Origin: Malacoraja senta
Taxonomy: Eukaryota
Direction: 5' to 3'
Assembly: GCA_038087875.1 (NCBI GenBank)
Contig: JAXLNO010000071.1
Coordinates: 47,568 to 67,567, forward strand
Length of the DNA stretch: 20,000 bases
How positions within the stretch are numbered: position 1 is the first letter of the stretch; every line of letters begins with the position of its first letter. Positions 1 to 10,499 of the stretch are shown piece after piece. The translations under genes and the position numbers were made by a program. The notes under the pieces were generated by a model. That model had not been told where the DNA came from and did no database searches. It saw only the letters and a list, made by a program, of their open reading frames with translations.

Positions 1-1997
1 GACACTGTTCGGAAAAAGAGAGAGATCTACAATAATTATAGGCAGCATGGAGTAAATGAGGTGCTTGAGGAGTATAAAGAATGTAAAAAGAATCTTAAGA
101 AAGAAATTAGAAAAGCTAAAAGAAGATATGGTTGCTTTGGCAAGTAAGGTGAAAGTAAATCCAAAGGGTTTCTCCAGCTATATTAATAGCAAAAGGATAA
201 CTAGGGATAAAATTGATCCATTAGAGAGTCAGAGTGGACAGCTATCTGCAGAGCCAAAAGCGATGGGGAAATTTTGAACAATTTCTTTTCTTCGGTATTC
301 ACCAAGGAGAAGGATATTGAATTATGTGAGGTAAGGGAAACGAGTAGAGTAGCTATGGAAACTACGAGGATCAAAGAAAGAGGAAGTACTGACACTTTTG
401 AAAAATATAAAAGTGGATAAGTCTCCAGGTCCCGACAGGATATTCCCTAGGACATTGAGGGAAGTTAGTGTAGAAATAGCAGGGGCTATGACAGAAATAT
501 TTCAAATTTCATTAGAAACGGGAATGATGCCGGAGGATTGGCGTACTGCGCATGTTGTTCCATTGTTTAAAAAGGGTTCTAAGAACAAACCTAGCAATTA
601 TAGACCTGTTAGTTTGACGTCAGTGGTGGGCAAATTAATGGAAAGGATACTTAGAGATAATATATATAATCATCTGGATAAACAGGGTCTGATTAGGAAC
701 AGTCAACATGGAATTGTGCTTGGAAGGTCATGTTTGACTAATCATCTTGAATTTTTTGAAGAGGTTACTAGGGAAATTGATGAGGGTAAAGCGGTGGGTG
801 TTGTCTATATGGACTTCAGTAAGGCCTTTGACAAGGTTCCACATGGAAGGTTGGTTAAGAAGTTTCAATTGTTGGGTATTAATAGTGGAGTAGCAAGATG
901 GATTCAACAGTGGCTGAATGGGAGATACCAGAGAGTAATGGTCGATAACTATTTGTCAGGTTGGAGGCCGGTGACTAGTGGGGTGCCTCAGGGATCTGTG
1001 TTGGGTCCACTGTTTTTTGTCATATACATCAACGTTGGTGTGTATGTTGGTGTGGTAAATTGGATTAGTAAGTATGCAGATGATACTAAGATAGGTGGTG
1101 TTGTGGAAAATGAAGTTGATTTTCAAAGTCTACAGAGAGATTTAGGCCATTTATAAGAGTGGGCTGAAAGATGGCAGATGGAGCTTAATGCTGATAAGTG
1201 TGAGGTGCTACATCTTGGCAGGACAAATCAAAATAGGACGTACATGGTAAATGGTAGCGAATGGAGGAATGCAGTTGAACAGATGGATCTAGGAATAACT
1301 GTGCATAGTTCCCTGAAGGTGGAATCTCATGTAGATAGGGTGGTAAAGAAAGCTTTTGGTGTGCTGGCCTTTATAAATCAGAGCATTGAGTATAGAAGTT
1401 GGGATGCAATGTTAAAATTGTACAAGGCATTGGTGAGGCCAATTCTGGAATATGGTGTACAATTCTGGTCGCCTAATTATAGGAAAGATGTCAACAAAAT
1501 AGAGCGAGTACAGAGGAAATTTACTAGAATGTTGCCTGGGTTTCAGCACCTAAGTTACAGAGAAAGGTTGAACAAGATAGGTCTTTATTCTTTGGAGCGC
1601 AGAAGGTTAAGAGGGGACTTGATAGAGGTCTTTAAAATTATGAGAGGGATAGACAGAGTTGACGTGGATAAGCTTTTTCCATTGAGTGTAGGGAAGATTC
1701 AAACAAGAGGACATGATTTGAGAATTAAGGGACAAAAGTTTAGGGGCAACATGAGGGGGAACTTCTTTACTCAGAGAGTGGTAGCTGTGTGGAATGAGCT
1801 TCCAGTGGAAGTGGTGAAGGCAGGTTCGTTTTTATCATTTAAAAATAAATTGGATAGGAATATGGACGGGAAAGGAATGGAGGGTTATGGTCTGAGTGCA
1901 GGTAGATGGGACTAGGTGAGAGTAAGTGTTCGGCACGGACTAGAAGGGCCAAGATGGCCTGTTTCCGTGCTGTAATAGTTATATGGTTATATGGTTA
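1..1997 (+). mobile_element. CR1-clade LINE, young subfamily 'A' copy 1: ORF2 (RT) and 3' end; continues off the left edge
   Basis: ORFs 398-1156 and 1178-1915 are in the same frame, separated by one TAA (1154-1156). They contain KSPGPD, NYRPVSLTS, YMDFSKAFDKV, SGVPQGSVLGP, YADD and the CR1 C-terminal ERRRLRGDLIE and FFTQRVVAVWNELP. Frameshifts lie upstream of about 390. The 3'UTR has the GGCCAAGATGGCC hairpin and a (GTTATATG)n tail at 1978-1997. Confidence 0.96.
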
Positions 1998-3374
1998 AAC
2001 AGGCATCTCAAATTGTTAAACGAGTGTCTCTTGGGTATAAACCCAGTTTGATCAGAATGTATAAATGTATTAACGTATTTACTTAGTCTTCTTGCCAGGG
2101 TTTTAGCTAATATTTTCTGATCTGTATTTAACAGGGTAATTGCTCTGTATGATCCCGGCACTTCCAGATCTTTATCTTTTTTGGGTATCAGTGTAATAGT
2201 TGATTCGGCTAAGGTTTGTGGTAGCGTCTGTTCTTTAAATGCGTGTATATAAGGGTTATGTACTCGTAATTTTTTAAATAAAATTAATTACTAAACCCAT
2301 CTGGGCCTGGGGTTTTGCAATTCTTCAATGAATTAATAGTCTCTTCGATTTCTTTAATTGTAATCTGTGCTCCTATTTCATCACATTCCGCCACGTTAAG
2401 TGACAGAAGATTACAGTGATCAAGGAAGTTTTAAATTTTTATCGTTTCTGTTGATGTTTTGGATGTATATAAATTTTGATTGAATTGGACAAATCTTTCG
2501 TTAGTATCTTTTGGAAGTGTGAACAGTTCACCTTTTTCTGATCTGATTTTTTGAATAGTATATCCTTTTCCACTTTTCTCAACTGATGTGCGAGAAGTTT
2601 ATGCGGTTTGTCGCCGAATTCAAAGTTTTCCTTAGTAATTTGAAATAGCCTGATAACTCTTGCAGAGATAATTCCATTTAGCTTGAATTTTAATACTGCT
2701 ATCTTTTTATGTTTATCCATAGATGGATCTGTCGCATTTTCTGAATCCAGCTGTCTGATCTGATCTTCTAATTGCAGTTGTTCCATCCTGTTCTTTTTGT
2801 TTTGATATGCTTGATATGAAATGATAGAGCCTCCAATAAAGGCCATAAAAGATTCCCATAATAACGAAGCCAAAATACCTGGAATATCATTTGTCTCAAA
2901 AAAGAATTTCATCTGTTGTTTTAAATAGTCACAGCAAACTGGGTTAGTTAGTATTTGGGGATTAAGCCTCCAGAACGATTTTTTATTGTGCATTCTTACT
3001 AGTTTTAGGGAGAAGGTTAGTGGGGAATGATCGGAAATAATACTATTATGATATTTGGGATTAGTTGTAAAAGGTATTAATTTTGTGTCCACCAGAAAAT
3101 AGTCAATACGTGTATAAGTTTTATCTACGGATGAATAAAAGGAATATTCTCTTCCGGATGGATTTGCAATCCTCCATACGTCTGTTATATTTGTTTTTTT
3201 TATATACGTATTTAGGAGTTTGCTGGATTTTGATTTTGTGTTTATCTCTTTTCTTGTGAGGATTTATCCAAATATTGATCCAAAACACAGTTGAAATCTC
3301 CTCCAATTATCAGGTTTTGCTGGGTGGATTCTGAGATAATATGAAATATTTAATATAAAAATTATGGATTATCC
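1998..3374 (-). mobile_element. L1/Tx1-clade LINE ORF2 fragment (end of APE endonuclease, linker, start of RT), decayed
   Basis: Minus-strand translation gives IIGGDFNCVLD, YTRIDYFLV, ISDHSPL, FWRLN, LLWESF, FEFGDKPHKLLA, KTPGPDG, SYRAITLLNTDQKILAKTLARRL and DQTGFIPKR. Several stops and frameshifts; AT-rich. Confidence 0.92.
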
Positions 3375-4158
3375 GTCCCTTTTGTACGGGTCATCCCTAC
3401 TCCAGAAGAGATCCCAGTGGTTTATAAATCTAAGCCCCTCCTCCCTTCACCAGCACCTCATCCACACATTCAGATCCCCTATCTCCCTGTACCTGTCCTC
3501 GCCAGCCAGCACGAGGTCCTGGAAGGAATTCAGTGATAACCACCTAGAAGTCCTGCTTCTCAGTTTTCTTCCGAACTCTCTAAACTCACGTTGCAGAACC
3601 TCCTTCCTCGTCTTCCCGACGTTGTTTGTGCCCACATGCACAAACACTTCCGGCTGCTCACCTTCACTCTCGTGAATGTTCTGAAGTCGGTCTGACACAT
3701 CTTGAATCCTGGCACCAGGGAGGCTACAGACCATCCTCGAGTCTCACCTGCCGCCACAGAATCTCCTGTCCGCACTTCAGACAATAGAGTCACCCACCAC
3801 TATAGTTCTGCCCGACGTCGATCTCGTCGGTCGAGTCTCATCGCTCGGATTGGAGCCACCGCCGCTCGAACTGGAAGCATCGTCTGCCTTGACAGCTCCT
3901 AAGGGGGTGTACCTGGTTTCATTAGGTACAGCCACCGGGGTCTCCTGCACTGCATGCTTATTCCTCTTTCTCATAGTCACCCACCTTCGCTATTCCGGTA
4001 TCTTTGATGTGACATCCTCATGGTAGGTCCTGTTCAGAAAACCTTCGTTTTCCTGGATGGCCCTGAGGTCATCCAGCAGCTGCTCCATTTCCCCAACACA
4101 TTCATTAAGGAGCTGCGCCTGGACACAATTTCTGAAGGTGTGCTTGTCAGGATAATCC
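3375..4158 (-). mobile_element. CR1 ORF1 remnant (coiled-coil region plus SGNH/GDSL esterase domain)
   Basis: Minus strand: NCVQAQLLNECVGEMEQLLDDLRAIQENEG (heptad-like), then IVVGDSIV (block I), LPGARIQDV (II), VHVGTNN (III), LNVW...FINHWDLFW...YKRDG (start of block V, cut before LH). An esterase in ORF1p is established for vertebrate CR1. Confidence 0.88.
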
Positions 4159-5971
4159 CAAAGGAATTGATGTATATAAAGTGAAAAGGGGTCAACGGAG
4201 AGTGGGCCCCTCTGGAGTCAATGTGGTCAACTCTGGGTAATGCTGCAGGTGATGCACAAGGTCCTCAAATAAAATCTCTTCTCTGGTTTTCCCATGGAGA
4301 AAGACACGAGGACCAGGGTGCTTGGGATTTTGGTCAATGGAACAGTCAGTATTATGGTCAAAGCAGTGCTGAAGATCGTGATGCTTGTGTAGGTAAACAT
4401 TCCTCCCTGGCCTGATCAGATATACCCGAAGACACAATCTGAAGCTAAAGGGGAAATTGCAGGCGCCCTGGCGTAAATTTATGAGTCATTACTAAATACA
4501 GGATCGGTTCGGGAAGACTGGAGGGTGGCAAATGTTGTCCCTTTATTTAAGGGGGGCTGCAGGGATAAGCGGGGCAACTGCAAAGCAGTGAGCCTGTGAT
4601 CGGACCGTTAGTAGTGAGTATTCTGAGGGAGAAGACATGTTGTCATTTAGATGGACAATGGGTGATTAGGGACTTTCAACGTGGTTCTGTATGTAGACGA
4701 TAGTGACCCGTGAATTTAATTACGGGTTTTAAAGATGTAATCAATACGTGTGATGAGAGCAGAGCTGTAGACATTGTATTTCGTGGATTTCAGCAAGGTA
4801 ATTGACAAGGTTCCCCATGGTTGGCGTTTCTGGAAGGTTAGATCACATGGGATTCAATGAGAGTTAGCTGGCTGGATAGAAAATTGACCGTTGAAGGGAG
4901 CAGAGAGTGATGGTGGAAGGTTGCTGTTCCTTTGGAAACCTGTGACTAGTGGTGTGCATCAGGATTCGGTGCTGGGCCCATTGCTGTTTGTTATCTGTAT
5001 AAAAGATCAGGATGGGAAAATACAAGGCTTGACTAGCAAGCTTACAGATGATGCTAAAGTGGGTGGTATTGTAGATAGTGAAGATGGTTGGATACAATTC
5101 AAGCAGGATCTTGATCGGTGGCGAAACTAGGCTGAGGAATAGTTGATGGAAGTTAATACATAGAAGTGCGAGGTGTATGTTGGGCAGTCTATTAAGAGCA
5201 GGGATTACACAATGAATGGCAGGGCTCCGTGGAGTTTTGAAAGGCAGAGGAATGTAGGAGTGTCGGAGCACATTTTCATGAAGCTGGCATAACAGGTAGA
5301 TAGTGTGCTCAAGAAGGTTTTCAGCACATTTGGCATTAATCAGTCAGAGTATGTAGTATAGAGATTCGGCGGTCATGTTACAGTTGTATAAGACATTTGT
5401 GAGGCCCCATTTAGTGGATTATGTTTTGTTTTGGTCACCCTGTTATAGGAGAGTTGTTGTCTAGCTGGAAATGGTCAAGATGGTATTTACGAGTATGTTG
5501 CTTGGACTCAAGGGCCTGAACTACATGAAGAGGTTGAGCAGTCGAGGACTTTATTCCTTGGAGCGCAGGAGGATGGGATGATCTCAAATAAGTGTACACG
5601 ATTCTGAGAGGAATTGATCGGGTAAATGCGCAGAACATTTTGCACAGCGGAGGGGAATCGAGAACCAGAAGACATACGTTTAAAGTAAGAGGGAGAAATT
5701 CAATTGAAACCTGAGGGGTAACTTTTATATACAAAGGGTTATGGATATATTAAATGTGCTGCCATAAGAAGTCGTTGAGGCAGGTACTATCATAAAGTTT
5801 ATGAGACATTTGGACAAGTACAGATAGGATAGGTTTAAATCGTTATGGGGCAATCGCAGGCAGGTGGCCACTGGTGTAGATGGGACATGTTTGTCGGTTT
5901 GAACATGTTGGGCCGAAGGGCCGGATTCCACGCTCTACGACGATATGACTATCACTCTATGAATCTATGAC
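4159..5971 (+). mobile_element. Old CR1 LINE, ORF2 from the post-endonuclease region to the 3' end, heavily decayed
   Basis: Degenerate match to the element at 1-1997 starting at the NPK region (compare ~158). Contains PGPDQIYP-like, DWRVANVVPLFK, DFSK, PVTSGVHQDSVLGPLLF and DD motifs; 3' hairpin GGGCCGAAGGGCC near 5910-5922 and an (ACTCTATG)-like tail to 5971. Confidence 0.9.
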
Positions 5972-7499
5972 AATGGCCAGGAATACCTGAACCTATCCCT
6001 TTCTCATCTGGGTCAAGACTTTAATTATACTATTCTTAAATGTCCTGTTAATTCCCTCCGCTAATCCAGGTGGTGATTGTGAAGTTGCCGTTTCATCCTA
6101 ACAAGATACAAGCTTCCGTCCCCTGCAAAATGCATTCCCCGGTTGGAGTCTGTGAAGAGGGACTCCCCCATCCCGGTAATGTTTATATTTCTGGGATCCA
6201 TGGCACGTTTACAACTGGGCTACTGCATGGGAATGCCTCCACCCAGCGGATAAAGTGTTCAAGAGTTACGAAACAGGACCTTTAATTTAGAGACAAGGGC
6301 AAGGTCCAGTAAAATTTACCTGCATATAGCTGTAAACAGGCAATGCACACTCGCCCATCTGCACATCAACAGTTCGATACTGCCATTAACTCACCTGCTT
6401 CTAGGAGCCGCAATGTATTATGCAGAGGTTGTAAAATTATGGTTCCACTCAGTGTGATGGCTTCTAAGACTTATAACGGCAAGTCACGCAGGCGAGAGCT
6501 TGAGCACATCAATGCATCCCAGCCACCACTGGACATTACTCAGTTGAACAGTATGCAACTGGCCTCATTGCTTCCATGCCTTTATGTAACTTTTGACGTA
6601 GAGCAACTTTATTCAATAGCACAGCACAAATGGAAGGGTTTCGGCAGATTTGTGAGCCCCGGAGCTTGAGATTTTAGCGGGTTAACTTGATATTTGCAAA
6701 TTCCCAAGTGTGCTCTCTCCATAGTGCGCTTAATTCGCGTTTCGTTCCCCTGGAGAGATCGTGCGGAGGTTTGGCCAATTCAAATTAACTTTCCACAGAA
6801 TGGTTCCCGTAATTAAATATACCCAATACTGTTTTATACATTTCTCTGATATCAATTGGGACTGGTCCAGAATACCCTGTCTCATTTCCTTAATGTTAAA
6901 GGATCAACTTGCAAATGAGTTTAATCCTATCCCAACATTGCCTAACACACGGCGCATTAAATATCTTCCACTCGCTGTTTGTCTGAAATGGAGAATAGTG
7001 TGTCGACTATTGCCATGCGCTGATGGGCAAATTGTGCACAACTCATAATACATTTACCCTTGGGATTAAGTTGCTGTCCAGCCTAGGGACTTTTTCAATA
7101 TATATATTTTTTATTTCAGAATAATTACCTCAAAAGCATGTTGGATCGAACGAAATCGACCAGCGTAGTATATTGCATGGACCCGCATTTGGTTCTCACC
7201 TGACACATGCTGAATTTCAAGCACAATAAACATTTGCATTCTTGGAGAGAGGAATCCTGCCTGTGTATTTACATTTTACAAGACAAACAATGGGAATACA
7301 TCAAAGCAAGCTTTTCCAAGAGAACTCAAACTGAAAATCAGTAATTCAAAGTTTTTGACCAAAATCATGACACTCTTTGGAAATGCATTGTTGTTAACAA
7401 AAAACATATCTATTAAACACCAATTCCGAAATAATCGATTTCAAATTTCTAATGTACGCTAATTACAATATTCGTAAATACCAATTTATTTCTTTAATT

Positions 7500-7600
7500 T
7501 TTAGTTTATGGTTTAGAGATGCAGCGCGGAAACAGGCCCTTCAGCCCTTCGAGTCCGCACCGACCAGTGATCCTTGCACATTAACACTATCCTACACACA
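7500..7600 (-). mobile_element. HE1-type SINE 3' fragment (CR1-derived tail)
   Basis: Reverse complement reads ...GGTCGGTGCGGACTCGAAGGGCTGAAGGGCCTGTTTCCGCGCTGCATCTCTAAACCATAAACTAA. It shares the hairpin-CTGTTTCC tail of the CR1 copies here and ends in a (TAAAC)-like repeat. Confidence 0.75.
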
Positions 7601-8151
7601 ATTGTGAGACTGATCTGTCGTTGAATCTAGCTTCACCTGATGCCCTGTCGCCCTGGTAATCATTGTTCAGATCGGGATAGTACAAAACAAAACTCCGTCA
7701 AGACGTGGTGAGATTCCGACACGTATCCATTTATTCAAGGACTGAAAAGTACATATTGGGAAACACTTTGAATGGATTCAAAACTTTGAGTTTACTGACA
7801 TCTTTACCAACAGATTGTTTAATGGCTCACGACACAATGGTTATATGAAGATTTCATGTTCTTGAAATATGTCATGAGTGATCAAAGTTTCCTTGTAGTC
7901 TTTCATTCTTGTTTTAGATCTGTCGGAGTTAAATCTAACATTCTGTTTCCTGATTCACCCGATTATCTGGCAAATGCGTGTCATAAAGCAACACCACTTT
8001 TCTCATGATCAGTCCTATGTTTCGGTTTACTCCAGCCAACTAGGCCTCGTAATCTAAACATTTCCTAAAATTGTTTATATATTCTCCGAATTGACTTTTT
8101 AGTTACAGTACGTTCACACTTATGACTATTTCCCCACCTTTCTTCTGTCCT

Positions 8152-8306
8152 TTATGTTCATCGATTGCAGCTCCGAGTTCAACATCGGCATCCCATCCGA
8201 ACCATCTCATGTGAACAAGCTCAGGGAACTATCTCTGTGCTCACCCCTATGCAACTGGATCATGTTCCACCTCATCAACAGACGACCATTAGTTCGAATT
8301 GACAAC
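8152..8306 (+). mobile_element. Rex1/Babar-clade LINE reverse-transcriptase fragment
   Basis: MFIDCSSEFNIGIPS...KLRELSLCSPLCNWIMFHLINRRPLVRIDN resembles the recalled Rex-type motif LFxDYSSAFNTIIPxKL...LCNWILDFLTxRPQxVRIG. Confidence 0.75.
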
Positions 8307-8307
8307 A

Positions 8308-8524
8308 TGTTCACATGCACCTCCACTAACCTCATCTACTGCATCTAGTGTTCCACATGTGGACTCCTGTAAATCGCCGAGACCAAGTTTAGACACACGA
8401 CAGTTTTGCTGAACACATACGTTCGATCTGTCAAGGCCTATTGCATCTTCCAGTGGCTAACCATTTTAACTCTCCTTCCCATTACCACACCATTCATTTC
8501 TGTCTTGAGCCTCCTCAATTAACA
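8308..8524 (+). mobile_element. Penelope-like element (PLE) GIY-YIG endonuclease fragment
   Basis: FTCTSTNLIYCI*CSTCGLL*IAETK...FAEHIRSI...LPVANHFNSPSH: degenerate IY...YIGET motif with CxxC and H residues typical of PLE endonucleases. Confidence 0.82.
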
Positions 8525-8806
8525 ATATAATGTTCACTCACTATTCTGAACAAATGTAAAACGCAAATGACTCCATGCTCTATGACTCTCTGTCAGTAAA
8601 TATATGTCATCACATCTCCCCACAAAATCTTACCACTCAAACTCTCTTGTCCAGCAGAGTCGCCACGCTTTCTTTTTCTCCGATTTGTTCTTTTCGTTCT
8701 ACAACTTACGATCACCTGACAACAATATTGGACCGACTATGACCATGGGCGGCAAGATTAAATATAATCATCCAATTAGGAACCACTTTGTTGGAGGGCT
8801 CATAAA

Positions 8807-9255
8807 TTTGATATGTCAAGGCTTACTGAATCTTCCAGTGGCGAATCATTTTCACTCCCCTTCCCATTACCATACCATACATTTCTGTCCTGAGCCTCCT
8901 CAATTAACAGAGTGAGGCCATGCGCAGGTACGGCATCAGCACCTCATATTTTGTTTGACCACAACCCAGCGGCAAAACATTCCCCCTCCTCCATTAAAAG
9001 TCGGTTAACCAGTTGGCAGCTCACAACGATGATTTATTGATGATGTGATCACAGTCACTAGTGTTGGCCTTTCAAGGAAACACCCTGATTGAGGTAATGT
9101 GTTACTGGCCCTGGTTTGTCCTGGTCTTTGCTTGCTTTCATTGCAGCCCACCCACAATCAGTCAGCAGAAGGTTCCCGACCCGAAACGTCACCTATACAT
9201 TTTCTCGGTCGATGCTGCCTAACCCGCTGAGTTACTCCTGCACTTGGTCCTCTCC
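8807..9255 (+). mobile_element. PLE 3' part: end of endonuclease, 3'UTR and terminal repeat
   Basis: LPVANHFHSPSH...QHLIF-like coding remnant, followed by a UTR ending in GAAGGTTCCCGACCCGAAACGTCACC...GATGCTGCCTAACCCGCTGAGTTACTCC, recognised as the common elasmobranch PLE terminal repeat. Confidence 0.75.
9159..9193 (+). ncRNA. Degenerate minimal hammerhead ribozyme motif in the PLE terminal repeat (probably inactive)
   Basis: CAGCAGA (consensus CUGANGA, two substitutions), stem II GGTTCCCGACC, GAAA, minimal stem III ACGT and a GUC cleavage triplet. Confidence 0.55.
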
Positions 9256-9269
9256 TGTGCCTGATCTTG

Positions 9270-9550
9270 CCCGTTGACTGCGGAATTTCCGCTTTCTCTC
9301 GCTGACCACGTAGGTTTAGCCCGGTTGTTTCCGGCACCTCCTATATTTCAATGATGAGGTGGAGCGCACACTGTAAATTCCCCCCGAGTATCCTGCTGAA
9401 TTTTGAATCGCGTGGATGGTTGGATTATGGGGATAATAGAATATATGGAGAATGCAATCGATGTCAGATTAATGTAGGTAGCAGGTTGATGCTCGGCGAG
9501 GTCTCGATGAGCGCAGAGGCTGTGAGCATGCTGCATCTCTCAATAAATCT
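9270..9550 (+). mobile_element. Old HE1/V-SINE-type element lacking its tRNA head
   Basis: Degenerate V-domain-like TGACCACGTAGGTTTAGCCCGGTTGTTTCCGGCACCTCC, then CACTGTAAATTCCCCC and a CR1-like tail (CTCGGCGAGGTCTCGATGAGCGCAGAGGCTGTGAGCATGCTGCATCTCTCAATAAA). Confidence 0.65.
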
Positions 9551-9603
9551 ACGATTCTAACCATTGAGTATCACACTATAAATGTCTCAGCCTTTATCAT
9601 TCA

Positions 9604-10499
9604 TCAGTGTTTAAATGCTCTTGTCAGTCGAGTAAACGGATAGATTAACACAGTCAAATACTGCTCTCTAAACTTCGTCTGTGTTACTACATAGATGCAC
9701 GTGTTTGTGCAACAACTAAGCAGCTGCAGCATAAATCCTATTTCCGATAGAAATGTAGGAAGGAAAAAATCGGAATATCCCAAATTACTTATTCGTTTCC
9801 ATATTAAATAGAATGTAAATACCGCCCATAACAAAATGAAATTCCCGGAAATAATGAACAACAATATCACCGATTTCCTTCGATTCTCCATTTCGGGATC
9901 ACTGGAGATCTTCGCACTTTTCTGATCCCGGAGCCTCCTGCGGGCTCTGCTGACCACCAAAATATGTCTGACCGTTAAAGTATTGAGCAGCACAATCAAT
10001 ACAAACGGGACACAGGGGGTGAGAATATAATGAAGAAACTCAATCGTTGTCCAGGTAACTGAAAACATAACACGGACATCCATGTAACAAAACCAAGGAG
10101 TATTCGCCAATCTGTACCAAGATGTGTACATAAAATACCAGTAAACATTCTTTACACTGCTCAGTGCACTCACCGTGCCCAGAATCACAGCCGCTGTTTT
10201 CTCGGTGCAATATCTGTGCTTCATCTTTTGGCAACAGATGGCAACAAACCGGTCAAATGTGAAGGAGACGGTGAACCACACAGAACAGTCGGTCACCGCG
10301 TAAAGCAGGACGGCGTGGATATTACACAAGGGGATGGACTTCACAAAATACATTTGATGAGCAATCGGAATCTGTCTCAATATAAGGTCAAAGATAATGA
10401 CCAATAGATCCGCCGCTGCCATGGCCACCAGGTAGCGAGTCACACAGCTGGAGAGACCACACTTTCCTCGACACAGGACCACAATTGTCACCAGGTTCA
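9604..10499 (-). CDS. Class A GPCR, GPR139/GPR142-like (probable G-protein coupled receptor 139-like), exon 2 (mid-TM1 to stop)
   Basis: Uninterrupted frame covering the rest of TM1 through TM7: NLVTIVVL-CRGKCGLS, AMAAADLLV (TM2), PLC and WFC disulfide cysteines, FTFDRFVAIC (TM3), LTPCVPF (TM5), NFILLW (TM6), CCTNTCIY-VVTQTKFR (TM7/helix 8). Preceded by the acceptor TTCATTCTTTTTGCATCACAG (AG at 10501-10500). The GTG 'start' in the ORF track is really the splice junction. Confidence 0.93.

Noticed and set aside
398..1915. Functional or domesticated RT gene, or a retron/DGR-like system
   Set aside because: An ordinary CR1 ORF2 with a nonsense codon and frameshifts, in eukaryotic repeat context.
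3366..4158. 9-bp inverted repeat GGATTATCC/GGATAATCC bounding the ORF1 fragment, read as transposon TIRs
   Set aside because: Each copy is explained by neighbouring LINE coding sequence; no flanking duplication.
6070..7048. Short plus-strand ORFs (71-108 aa)
   Set aside because: No recognisable motifs or splice structure; lengths are compatible with chance.
7611..7985. Weak repeat GATCTGTCG...AATCTA at ~7612 and ~7917
   Set aside because: Similarity is about 20 bp and gapped; not convincing.
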